Source: an uncultured Myxococcales bacterium
Lineage (GTDB): Bacteria; Myxococcota_A; Polyangia; Palsa-1104; JAEUJZ01
Direction: 5' to 3'
DNA length: 64,000 nucleotides
Assembly: GCA_937952145.1 (NCBI GenBank)
Contig: CALFYE010000301.1
Location: 3,362 to 67,361, forward strand
Below are positions 49,344 to 58,343 of this stretch, one piece after another (within the stretch, counting starts at the first letter, position 1; each line of letters begins with the position of its first letter). A program made the translations under genes and the position numbers. The notes under the pieces are model-generated. The model was given only the letters and a program-made list of their open reading frames with translations. It was not told the DNA's origin and did not search any database.

Positions 49344-52300
49344 TTATGGACCGCCGTCTACCGGGGCGCTGCTTTTTGCCGTCGGCGCTGGGCTGGCTGC
49401 CGGGGCCGTCGTCGCGGGTCGGGCGTAGCCCCAGTCGCGCATCAGCGTCTCGACCTCGGCTGCACTCTTCGAGGGGGACGCAGATCCGCCACCGGAAGTC
49501 GGGCCCGCGCCGGCACTCTGGCTGGTGCTGGCGGCGGCGAGACCGGGAGCGGTCTGGTCGCGCCAGAGCAAGATCTCGCCACGCTCACCCGGGACAGGGG
49601 CATAGCTGCTGCTGAGGCGGTCGAGGAGCGCACCGTCGAGGACGATGGCGGCGCTGCTGGCAGTCGCCTCCGGGTTACTTGTGGACGACGCTGCGGTGGC
49701 CGGCTTGGCCTCGGTCCGGCCCGATAGGAGCGGCAGCGAGAACGGGCCCAGCAAGAGCTCGCGCGGGGCCACCGCAAGTCCATCGCGAGCGAGGCTCAGC
49801 TCTAGCCGGGCCGTCGGATCGACGAGGACATCGACGACGCCCCCGGCCCGCAGCTTGATCTCGATGCGCCCTGGCCCGCGCGGCACCACTTCGCCGTTTT
49901 TCACACCCTGCACCGAGAGCCCAAGGTCGCTCGACACCAGCGTTCCGGTGAGCAGGTGCTGGGCCCGCGCGTCGGGAGCCAGCATCAGATGGACCAGCGG
50001 CAGGCCCTGCTCGGGAGACTGCGGCGTGTGTCGCGAGAACTCTTCGCGCAGGCGACCCAGGATGGGACCGATGCGCGGATCGGCCAGCGGATCGTTTGGG
50101 CTGGGCGGGCTTGGCGGGCTCGGCGGCTGAGCATCGGTGGGCTTCTTGCTCGGAGCGTAGAAGCTGGCCAACAGATCGTTGTGCTGAAACGGATCGGCCT
50201 GCAGATCGTAGAGCTCTTCCGCGACTCGCATCACTGGCCCGATGCCATCGTTGCCCTGGGCCCGCTGCAGGCGACCGTCACCGCGACGCAGGTACAGATA
50301 GCCAGCGTGGCGCAGGGCGCGGATGTTCTGGCCTTCGGCATAGGCCGGTCGGCTGAGCTTGTCGTCGTCCGCGCGACCCAGGTTGGCGGCCCCGGCTGCG
50401 CCCGGCTTGAAGATCAGCGGCAGCAGGCTCTGTCCGTCGCCATGTCCACCCGAAGGCAGCACGGCGCGATAGCTGCCTAGACCCAAAAGTTCAAGGACTG
50501 TGGGGGCCACATCCGTCAAGCGTACTTGACTATTTACCACCGTGCCGCCGGGCAGCCGCCCCGGCATGCCAAGCAAAAGCGGCACGCGCAGGATCTCGTC
50601 GTAGGCCGACCAGCCGTGGTGATAAAGCGTCGGCTGCTTGAGCGACTGGACATAGTGGTTGTGGCGCGGATCGAAGACCTCGCCGTGATCGCCAACGATG
50701 ATGACCAGCGTGCGATCGCGCAGCCCCAGCCGCTGTAGCTCCGCCAGCACCAGGCCGATCTGCGCATCGGCATAGGCCGCCTCGCCCAGGTAGGCGCGGG
50801 CCTGCGGATCGAGTCGCGCTCCAGCCCGCTCGCTCTCGGGAATGCCCATAAGCTGCGCGACCTGCGCATCGGTGATGCCCTTTAGATGCTCGGGCGGCGG
50901 GGTGTAGGGCCAGTGCGGCGCGTCGTAGTGCAGCTGCAAGAAGAACGAACGTCCGCGCGGCGCCTGGCTCTGCAGAAAGGCGATCGCGGCGCGGCTGATC
51001 GCCGGCGTGTCCTCGACGGGATGGCGGACATCGGCGACCTCGTCAAAGCCCAGGCTGAGGCCGATCTGGGGATAGCCAAGCAGGAAGAAGTTGTTGCCGA
51101 TCGAGGCGACCTTGTACCCCGCATCACGCAGCGCGCGCGGCAGCAGTCGACGGTCGAGCGCGTAGAAGCGCTTGCGCTCGCGATCGCTCGGGATCATCTC
51201 TTCGGCGCTCTGGCCCACCGCGGTCGCGAGCTCGCCCCCCAGCAGGCCAAGCAGCGACGGGCGGGTCCAGGTGGCGGCGGTGATCGCCTGGCTGAAGTGA
51301 ACGCTGCTTCGGCTGTACTGGCTAAGCCCCGGCATCGCCGACAGCGCATCGGCGCGCAGCGTATCGATCAGCACCAAGAGCACGTTGGGCCCGGCGGCTC
51401 CCTCGGCCAGCGACCACAGCTCGGGGGTGCCCCAGGCGGCGGTGCCGATGGCCGGGTTATCACCCCGGCTGCTGCCGTCGCGCGGCGGGGTGGTGGCGGG
51501 CTTTTCCAGCGTGGTGCAGAACGCCACCTCGTGCAGCGGGGTGCTGCCGGGCTTATTCGCTTCCGTCGGTAGCTCGACGCTGGCGGCGTGCCAGTGTCCG
51601 GGCGGACTGACGGTCGCTCCCTCGCCGGGAGTGGGCTTGGACTTGCCGGGGCCGACCTGCGCCGTCCAGATCCGCTGACCATCGACGCTGACGCTGAAAT
51701 CAACGGGCAGGGCACGGCTGTCCGTCCCCTTCTGCGACGGGATGGCCGCGTAGTGGAACGACAACAGGCCCCGGGCGGGCAGGGACAGACGATAGCGATA
51801 GCAGGCCGGGGCCGGGGCAAACAGCGCGACCTTCGATTCGTAGACGCCACGGTAGCGATTCCACACCGGATCGAAGCGCGGCGCGGCCTCTCCGCTCGGT
51901 GCCGTCGCCGCCTCGGGGGGACGGGGATACTTCTCGACTGCTGGCTCAGCGATGGCGACCTCGATGACGCGCAGCGCGCTGTCACCGCGCAGGCCGCTGT
52001 ACGGGCTGGCCATCTTGTACGGCGAGTCAAAGCCCAGGAAGCGCTCACGCAGACTCTGGCTCGACCCTGGACGGCCCCCGCCCCCTGCGTCGGTCAGCTC
52101 CAGCGTCGCGTCACCGGCGTGGTCGCAGAAGCGATAGAGCAGGCGGTCGCCAGGCAAAGGTGGCAGCGGCGGCAGGGCGACACGCGGTGCTTCCAGCGAG
52201 CCCCCTTGCACCGACGCGGCCGAAGCCAGGGTTGACGACAACCCCGGACCGGCATCGCAGCCGGCCGTGCTCAGGCTCGCGGCGAGCGACAGGGCACACA

Positions 52301-52397
52301 GCCCCCCGAGCGCTGGCCTGCGCCCGCCCACCTGCTTGCCCCCTCGCCCACCCGTCTCGGAGGGGGCGGTGCACCGACTGAGGAAGAACCTCGGCAT
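49344..52397 (-). CDS. Sulfatase-like (alkaline-phosphatase superfamily) hydrolase/transferase lipoprotein with long N- and C-terminal extensions
   Basis: The in-frame ATG at 52397 (MPRFF...) precedes lipobox LSTAGCDAG. The core motifs are NVLLVLIDTLRADAL, AATWTRPSLLGLLGG and VIIVGDHGE. The maximal ORF (to 52568) would overlap the upstream permease gene, so the shorter start is preferred. Confidence 0.8.
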   Translation of the reverse strand: MPRFFLSRCTAPSETGGRGGKQVGGRRPALGGLCALSLAASLSTAGCDAGPGLSSTLASAASVQGGSLEAPRVALPPLPPLPGDRLLYRFCDHAGDATLELTDAGGGGRPGSSQSLRERFLGFDSPYKMASPYSGLRGDSALRVIEVAIAEPAVEKYPRPPEAATAPSGEAAPRFDPVWNRYRGVYESKVALFAPAPACYRYRLSLPARGLLSFHYAAIPSQKGTDSRALPVDFSVSVDGQRIWTAQVGPGKSKPTPGEGATVSPPGHWHAASVELPTEANKPGSTPLHEVAFCTTLEKPATTPPRDGSSRGDNPAIGTAAWGTPELWSLAEGAAGPNVLLVLIDTLRADALSAMPGLSQYSRSSVHFSQAITAATWTRPSLLGLLGGELATAVGQSAEEMIPSDRERKRFYALDRRLLPRALRDAGYKVASIGNNFFLLGYPQIGLSLGFDEVADVRHPVEDTPAISRAAIAFLQSQAPRGRSFFLQLHYDAPHWPYTPPPEHLKGITDAQVAQLMGIPESERAGARLDPQARAYLGEAAYADAQIGLVLAELQRLGLRDRTLVIIVGDHGEVFDPRHNHYVQSLKQPTLYHHGWSAYDEILRVPLLLGMPGRLPGGTVVNSQVRLTDVAPTVLELLGLGSYRAVLPSGGHGDGQSLLPLIFKPGAAGAANLGRADDDKLSRPAYAEGQNIRALRHAGYLYLRRGDGRLQRAQGNDGIGPVMRVAEELYDLQADPFQHNDLLASFYAPSKKPTDAQPPSPPSPPSPNDPLADPRIGPILGRLREEFSRHTPQSPEQGLPLVHLMLAPDARAQHLLTGTLVSSDLGLSVQGVKNGEVVPRGPGRIEIKLRAGGVVDVLVDPTARLELSLARDGLAVAPRELLLGPFSLPLLSGRTEAKPATAASSTSNPEATASSAAIVLDGALLDRLSSSYAPVPGERGEILLWRDQTAPGLAAASTSQSAGAGPTSGGGSASPSKSAAEVETLMRDWGYARPATTAPAASPAPTAKSSAPVDGGP

Positions 52398-52473
52398 GCC
52401 TCCAGCCCATTTTGCAACAGTTCGCCTTTCGGCGGACGGACAAAACGGGCGGGGATTAGCACATTGCGGCGCC

Positions 52474-52995
52474 CTACTGCGGCAGGCGGTCCAGCAGCAG
52501 ACTGGCCAGGCGATTGAGGTGCTGCGCGACGAAGCCAGCGACGAAAGGCAGGGGTAGGCAGCAGACAATGCGCAGCAGGGTCAGGCGCAGGCCGTAGATG
52601 CCCAGCTCTAGCGGCACACGCACAAACGAAAGCAGCGCCATGCTGCTGAGGTAGGTGACGATGACCCCCACGCCCGCCCCGGCCCGCAGCAGCGAGGCAG
52701 CGATGGGTAGCCCAATCGGTCCCCCACCCGGGGTCACGATGCCCAAAAGGACCGCTATCGAGAGGCCCTTGAGCCCCGAGGAGTCTGATAGCCACGTCGC
52801 CACCAGCTGACGCGGCAACAGCACCTCGGCAAAGCCGGCGAGTGCGAACATCAAGATCAGCATCGGCAAGAGCGGCCCGACACCGCGCAGACCTGCCCGC
52901 AGACCATCGAGCAAGAGCGCTGTCCCACCGCGCAGATAGCAGACGAAAGCCAGCCCGATGGCGAGCAGGCCAAGGACGATGAGTGCGCCCCTCAT
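52474..52995 (-). CDS. Small polytopic membrane protein (permease-like, about 173 aa)
   Basis: Five or six hydrophobic helices. The start overlaps the upstream stop as ATGA (52992-52995). The family was not identified by eye. Confidence 0.6.
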   Translation of the reverse strand: MRGALIVLGLLAIGLAFVCYLRGGTALLLDGLRAGLRGVGPLLPMLILMFALAGFAEVLLPRQLVATWLSDSSGLKGLSIAVLLGIVTPGGGPIGLPIAASLLRAGAGVGVIVTYLSSMALLSFVRVPLELGIYGLRLTLLRIVCCLPLPFVAGFVAQHLNRLASLLLDRLPQ

Positions 52996-55709
52996 GCGTC
53001 CTCCAGAATCTGCACGAAGCCGCGCGTGCCATCGACGCGAATGCGCTGACCGCTGCGGATTTTGTCGAGGGCGCCGGCGACGCTGACCACTGCCGGGATG
53101 CCGTACTCGCGGGCCACCACCGCGCCGTGCGTCATCAGCCCACCGACCTCGGTGACGACGCCAGCGGCGTGTACGAAAAGTGGGGTCCAGCCAGGGTCGG
53201 TATAGGCCGCGACCAAGATCTCACCGGCGTGCAGGACCTCGCGCTCGGGATCGCGCACCAGCCGCGCCACCCCCTCGATGACACCGCCCGAGGCAGCGGT
53301 TCCGGGCAGGGCGCCGGCCGGCAGATCGGCTCGGCTTGGGGTCAAGGTCGGCGTCTCACCTTCGCTCGACAGGACGAACGGAGGTCGTCGGCCGCGATCG
53401 CGGGTTAGATCGGCGGCACGGCGCGTGGCCTCGGCGCGCAGATCTTGGCTGGGCTGCGAAAGAGCCGTCAGCAGCTCCTCAAAACCGAAGTGGAAGACCT
53501 CGTCGCGCGAGCTGAGCTGCCCGCGCGCGACCAGCGTCTCACCGACGCCCAGCACGGCTGTGCGCAGCGCGCCGAAGATGCGCACCAGCATGAACTTGGG
53601 ATGCTCGCGCAGACCCAGGCCAGCGCGGACGACGCGGCAAAGGCGCTCGATGAGCCGACCGCGCAGGAGGCCTCCGGGACCGCGGCTGGCTGCCGTCACC
53701 AGCGCTCGCTGCGCCGCCTCGCCGATCTCGACCTGGGCGGCATGGCGACGGCGATGGCTGCCGCTCTCGCCACTTCCCAGGCCGCCGGCGATGGCTCGCA
53801 AGAGCGCCGTCGGATCTTCGCGCCAGCGCGGCCGAGACAGGTCGATTTCGCTCATCGCGCGGTCGCCATAGCGGGCCAAAAATGCATCTAGCTCGACGAG
53901 AAATTCTCGACCACCGCCAACTTGGGCAATGCGCTCGCGCAGCGTGGGCCAGGGCAGGCCGACGGCATCACCGCGCAACAGCGCCACTAGCTCGGCATGC
54001 GGACGGGCCTGATCCGCCAGGTCGCCGACCTGCAGATCCATGGCCGTCGTCACATTTCCCGGCAGGCCACGCAGCAGATCGTCCAGCGCGGCCCGTGACC
54101 CCTCGGCCCAGTCGGCGCCGGCCAAACGCAGGAGCAGGCGATGGCCCATTAGCGCGGCCGCCATGCGCGAAAGAGGCGCGCGCACGGTGGAAAAGACGCC
54201 GTTTAGCTCAGACATCGCACGTCGAAGCTGCCCGGCCGGCGTCGGCTCGCCTGCGATGCGCTCGCGGACTTCGCGCTGGAGATCATCAATCCGACGATCG
54301 GCCGCGCGGGCTCCGGCCTCGGGATCGCCATCTGCCATGACCAGCGGCACGCGGAATAGCACCGGCCCGATGACACGCAGCAGCGCCGGCAAGAGATCGC
54401 GCAAGCGTCCCTCCGGCTCGTTGGCGAGCCGCTCGGCGAGCAGCGACAAGCCGCGCTCCATATCGGTGTAGATGACACTCAGCGCCGGCAAGATCAGGCG
54501 ACGCAGACGCGGCACCCGCAGAAGCTCGGTGATATCGCCGTAGAGGTGGCTGCCCGCCGCCGTCATGTAGGGGCTCTTTTTCGCCGGGCTGTCGCGCGTC
54601 GGATCGCCCTTGCCAGCGGGGAAGAAGTACATCCACACCTCACGCGACAGCTTGGGCATCGGCTCCAGCATCATCTGCACGTGGCCGAAGCTGAAGTACA
54701 CGCGCAGCCCAGCGGCCGGGAGCGTCGATTCCGGCAGGGGGAAGAGCGAAGTGATCGGCCGGGCCTGCACGATGTGGATCTGTCCGCCGGCGATGCACCA
54801 CTCGATGTCCTGCGGCACGCCGCCGTAGAACGACTCGATGCGCTCGCCCACTGCGGCCAGGGCCAGCACCTGCGCGTCATTCAGGGCGCGAGCCGTGCGC
54901 TGCGCAGGGGGCAGATCGACGCGCTCGGTCCCACCGCCGGGCAGCGAGCGGATGGCAAAGGCCTTGTCGCCTGGCTGGGCCAGCGTGACGACGTGGCGAC
55001 GGCGATCGACGCGATACAGGTCGGCGCTGATCAGGCCTCCGACCAGCGCTTCGCCCAGCCCGAATCCGGCATCGATCGACAGCGTGCCGCGATGGCCGCT
55101 CACCGGATCGGCGGTAAACAGGATGCCCGAGACCTCGGGATCGATCAGCCGCTGCACCACGACGGCGAGGCGCACACTGCGCTGACCAAAGCGACTGCGC
55201 GCCCGGTACAGCACCGCGCGATCGGTGAACAGCGAGATCCAGCAGCGCCGCACGGCATCGAGCAGCGCCGCCTCGCCGCGGATGTTGAGGTAGGTGTCCT
55301 GCTGTCCAGCGAAGCTGGCTCCCGGCAGATCTTCCGCCGTCGCGCTTGAACGCACCGCCAGCGGGTGCTCGCGGCCTAGGCGGGCGTGCGCCTCTTTCAC
55401 TGCGGCGATGACCGCATCTGGGATCGGCAGCGTGCCCAGCGTCTGGCGCAAGGCTTCGGACGCGCGGCGTGCGGCTTCGACATCTTGACCGTCTAAGGCT
55501 TCGATGGCCGCAAACTGCGCCTCGGGATCGGGCAGGGCAGCGAGGAAGCGATCGTAGGCGGCCGTGGTCAGGCAGAAGCCCGGCGGGACGGGAATCCCGG
55601 CCGCGGTCAGCGCTCCGAGGTTGGCTCCTTTGCCGCCGACGCGCGGCAGCGCCTCGCCACCGATCTGTGAAAACTCCAGCACCAGGGGAACGACATCAGA
55701 TGGATGCAT
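52992..55709 (-). CDS. PEP-utilising enzyme with N-terminal PPDK_N/ATP-grasp and C-terminal phosphohistidine swivel domains (rifampicin-phosphotransferase-like architecture)
   Basis: The in-frame ATG at 55709 gives MHPSDVVPLVLEFSQIGGEALPRVGGKGANLGALTAAGIPVPPGFCLT, which is PPDK_N-type. The extreme C-terminus VTEVGGLMTHGAVVAREYGIPAVV is the mobile His domain. No TIM-barrel PEP/pyruvate domain follows it. About 905 aa. Confidence 0.85.
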   Translation of the reverse strand: MHPSDVVPLVLEFSQIGGEALPRVGGKGANLGALTAAGIPVPPGFCLTTAAYDRFLAALPDPEAQFAAIEALDGQDVEAARRASEALRQTLGTLPIPDAVIAAVKEAHARLGREHPLAVRSSATAEDLPGASFAGQQDTYLNIRGEAALLDAVRRCWISLFTDRAVLYRARSRFGQRSVRLAVVVQRLIDPEVSGILFTADPVSGHRGTLSIDAGFGLGEALVGGLISADLYRVDRRRHVVTLAQPGDKAFAIRSLPGGGTERVDLPPAQRTARALNDAQVLALAAVGERIESFYGGVPQDIEWCIAGGQIHIVQARPITSLFPLPESTLPAAGLRVYFSFGHVQMMLEPMPKLSREVWMYFFPAGKGDPTRDSPAKKSPYMTAAGSHLYGDITELLRVPRLRRLILPALSVIYTDMERGLSLLAERLANEPEGRLRDLLPALLRVIGPVLFRVPLVMADGDPEAGARAADRRIDDLQREVRERIAGEPTPAGQLRRAMSELNGVFSTVRAPLSRMAAALMGHRLLLRLAGADWAEGSRAALDDLLRGLPGNVTTAMDLQVGDLADQARPHAELVALLRGDAVGLPWPTLRERIAQVGGGREFLVELDAFLARYGDRAMSEIDLSRPRWREDPTALLRAIAGGLGSGESGSHRRRHAAQVEIGEAAQRALVTAASRGPGGLLRGRLIERLCRVVRAGLGLREHPKFMLVRIFGALRTAVLGVGETLVARGQLSSRDEVFHFGFEELLTALSQPSQDLRAEATRRAADLTRDRGRRPPFVLSSEGETPTLTPSRADLPAGALPGTAASGGVIEGVARLVRDPEREVLHAGEILVAAYTDPGWTPLFVHAAGVVTEVGGLMTHGAVVAREYGIPAVVSVAGALDKIRSGQRIRVDGTRGFVQILEDA

Positions 55710-56487
55710 GGCGCCTCCGCTGCGGCACCTGTGCGCCGCGCAGAAAGAGGTGGGTGACAAAGCGAGCCCGCTCGACCGGGTCGCCGGCAGACTGCGCACC
55801 AAGCAGCGGGCCGACGAAGCCAAAAGCCAGGACGAGACCGGCAAAGGCCTGCGCGAGATCCCGCGCCTCCGCCTTGCGCTCTGGCGGGAGGTGCGTCTCG
55901 ATCAGCGCCTGCAGTGCGTGTTGCGTGCGGAAGGGCGACAGGGCGCGCACCCGCGGCAAAAGCGGCGTACCGCGCAGCGCTTCGATAAACACCAGCCGGA
56001 TGCTGGCCGGATCGGTCTGCGCATGCGACAGCATGGCCTCGGCGATGCGCTCCAGATCGCGGCGCAGGTCGCCGGTCGGCTGATCGACGATGGCCCGCAC
56101 GCGCAGGCGCGGACTGGTGACATCCAGAAAGCCTGCGACCAGCCCATCCTTGTCGCCAAAGTGGCGGTACACCGTGGCCGGGGCGACGCGGGCGGCTTCG
56201 GCGATCTGCTCGATCGATGCCGCCTCGAAACCATGCTGCCCGAACACCTCGCGCGCGGCTTGCAAGATCCGCGTCCGCGCTTCGGCGCGCTCCCCGACAT
56301 CGCTGCCCGCTGCGGCAAGCGCATCGAGCAGCGCCTGACGCCCTCCACAGCGACGGACGACGGTGGCTCGCGAGACGCCAAGGGCGGCCGCCACGGCATC
56401 GAGCGTCAGCCCTTCTGGTCCATGCTTTTCAAGGATCTGGCGGGCTGCCGCCAGAAGCGGCTCGGGGATTGACGCGTCACCTGACAT
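55696..56487 (-). CDS. TetR/AcrR-family transcriptional regulator with two tandem TetR-type HTH segments
   Basis: The first HTH-like segment is AARQILEKHGPEGLTLDAVAAALGVSRATVVRRCGGRQALL. The second, canonical segment is AAREVFGQHGFEAASIEQIAEAARVAPATVYRHFGDKDGLV. The stop overlaps the downstream PEP-utilising gene start by 14 nt. Confidence 0.85.
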   Translation of the reverse strand: MSGDASIPEPLLAAARQILEKHGPEGLTLDAVAAALGVSRATVVRRCGGRQALLDALAAAGSDVGERAEARTRILQAAREVFGQHGFEAASIEQIAEAARVAPATVYRHFGDKDGLVAGFLDVTSPRLRVRAIVDQPTGDLRRDLERIAEAMLSHAQTDPASIRLVFIEALRGTPLLPRVRALSPFRTQHALQALIETHLPPERKAEARDLAQAFAGLVLAFGFVGPLLGAQSAGDPVERARFVTHLFLRGAQVPQRRRHASI

Positions 56488-56515
56488 ACACGAGAGAATA
56501 TACTCTCGCGTGTAT
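56486..56515. promoter_or_regulatory. 30-bp imperfect palindrome ATACACGAGAGAATA|TACTCTCGCGTGTAT, a candidate TetR operator
   Basis: 13 of 15 arm positions are complementary (hand-aligned). The left end overlaps the TetR start codon (56485-56487). It is a locally AT-rich patch in GC-rich DNA. Confidence 0.4.
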
Positions 56516-56525
56516 CAAGGCAAGG

Positions 56526-56864
56526 CTAGCGGGCTGGCGTCGGGTGTAGCGCCGTCTCGAACAGGCGGGTGACGCGGGCTTCGTGCAGCGGGAAGACGTG
56601 ATAGCCGCAGTGCTCGGTGAACACCGCCAGCGCCTGCTCGCTTTCGCGGATGACGTGGAAGGCGTGGCGGAAGCGCAGCGTCGAGCCGTCCATGAGCTCA
56701 ATGACCAGCCAGCCCCCGTCGCGGAAGTCGCCCGCGCTTAAGCCCTGGCTGCGAATGGTGTCGGGCGAGCGCCGCAGAAGCGGGGCCAGCTCATCGGCCC
56801 ACTCGACGACGGTGGTGTGGATGCGCTGCGCTACCGGATACTTGGCCGTGGGGTGATCGTGCAT
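56526..56864 (-). CDS. Small protein of unknown function (112 aa)
   Basis: Track ORF with a normal-looking, non-low-complexity sequence (MHDHPTAKYPVAQRIHTTVVEWADELAPLL...). It is co-directional with its neighbours. No motif recognised. Confidence 0.5.
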   Translation of the reverse strand: MHDHPTAKYPVAQRIHTTVVEWADELAPLLRRSPDTIRSQGLSAGDFRDGGWLVIELMDGSTLRFRHAFHVIRESEQALAVFTEHCGYHVFPLHEARVTRLFETALHPTPAR

Positions 56865-56902
56865 CCCTACAGCCTGCCCGAGTCAGCCGGCGCCAGGAAG
56901 CC

Positions 56903-58297
56903 TTACGGCCGCGGCCCGTCGCCACACCAGGTGATGTAGTCGGCCAGGCGAGCGCTCAGCCAGTCGCGATCGATATGCAGCTGACTCAGCGATCGATCGA
57001 TGGCGTAGCCGCTGCGGGCCCGCGTGGTGTGGGTGCGCGGCACGTGCGGGGGCACCTCGTGCACATCGAGGCACTGGGCATAGACGTCGCGCATCGTGCC
57101 AGCGAGATCGCGCACATAGTCCGAAAATCGCACCACTACGCGTCGCCCCGGTCCCGTCGGAGGAGCAGAGAACCAGACCTGCTCGCGCTCGCAGTAGTCG
57201 ATCTCGCTTTGGAGCGCGCGGCGGACCAGAAAATCAAAAGGCGGCGGCATGGTCCCGGGCGGGCGCGGCTGCACGCGGTGGAAGTTGATGACGCTCTGCA
57301 AGCGCGCGGCCGGCGAGCGGATGATGGCAAGGAAGCGGGCATCGGGATAGCGGTGGGCCAGATCATCCGCGACGTTGAGGAAGTGCCCCTTGATCATCAG
57401 GCGGCGCCGCGGTCGCTGATCGCCAGCGACGGGTGCAGCATCCCCCAGCACGGCATCGCCACTTAGGCGGGCCAAGAGCAGGCGCTTGCGGCCGATGGCA
57501 TCGAGGTAGCGGATGAAGTCCTGCCGCCACATATCTTGTGAGCACGGGCTGATGCTGGCGTTGTCCATCTCTTCGATCATCGTCGCCGGGCCCAGCAGCA
57601 TCGTGATGTTGACGAGCTGCGCGTTGCAGAACTGCATCTCGAAGGTGTCGGTGCGCAGCGGGTCCAGCTCGTGACGCTGCAGAAAATCCGCCGGAAAAGA
57701 GGCCTGGGCGGTCTTGCGCAGCCAGTCTTTGGACAGGCCGCAGGCAAACGCAAATTCAAAGAGGCGCCACAGCCACAGATAGGGGATCTCGGTCTGTCCC
57801 GAGCTGGGGGCGACAAGCTGGGGATCGTCTTCCAGGTAGTGCGCGATCTGCGTGCTGCCGCTGCGCGCCGCCGACAGCTCAAACAGCGGCGCCACGATGC
57901 GGGTCTGGCTGAGCGCCGGGCCGTACAGCAGATCGTCGAGATACCAGGCCAGGCCACGCAAGGGCAGCAGCGTCCCCCGCACAAGCAGGTGCGCCAGCAG
58001 GAACAGCCGCTGCCAGGGTGAGATCCCGGGAGCGGGCTGCGGCTCCCAGCCCACGCGGTAAAGCAGGCGAAGGAAGCGCGGCAGCGACGGAATATGCGGC
58101 GGCTTGGGCAGCACCAAGCGCAGCAGTGCATAAAGCCCAGCTGTCGGCCATAGCACCAGGCAGAGCAGCGCGATGAGCACCGCTTGCTGGGTCAGCAGGC
58201 GCAGCCGATACCACAAGCTCAGCGACGGGAGCGGCGGTTCGCCAGCGATGTGATCGGGCAGGGGTGGAATGTCGGGATGGGGGGACATGGGCATCAC
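56903..58297 (-). CDS. Membrane-anchored sulfotransferase-like protein
   Basis: An N-terminal hydrophobic region is followed by a 5'-PSB-like motif (LFELSAARSGSTQIAHYLE) and a 3'-PB-like motif (FLAIIRSPAARLQSVINF). The assignment rests only on these two short motifs. Confidence 0.5.
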   Translation of the reverse strand: MMPMSPHPDIPPLPDHIAGEPPLPSLSLWYRLRLLTQQAVLIALLCLVLWPTAGLYALLRLVLPKPPHIPSLPRFLRLLYRVGWEPQPAPGISPWQRLFLLAHLLVRGTLLPLRGLAWYLDDLLYGPALSQTRIVAPLFELSAARSGSTQIAHYLEDDPQLVAPSSGQTEIPYLWLWRLFEFAFACGLSKDWLRKTAQASFPADFLQRHELDPLRTDTFEMQFCNAQLVNITMLLGPATMIEEMDNASISPCSQDMWRQDFIRYLDAIGRKRLLLARLSGDAVLGDAAPVAGDQRPRRRLMIKGHFLNVADDLAHRYPDARFLAIIRSPAARLQSVINFHRVQPRPPGTMPPPFDFLVRRALQSEIDYCEREQVWFSAPPTGPGRRVVVRFSDYVRDLAGTMRDVYAQCLDVHEVPPHVPRTHTTRARSGYAIDRSLSQLHIDRDWLSARLADYITWCGDGPRP

Positions 58298-58343
58298 CTG
58301 CCTTCCTTTCGGGGGTCGCGCTTGGGTCGTGCTCGGGTCCTGC

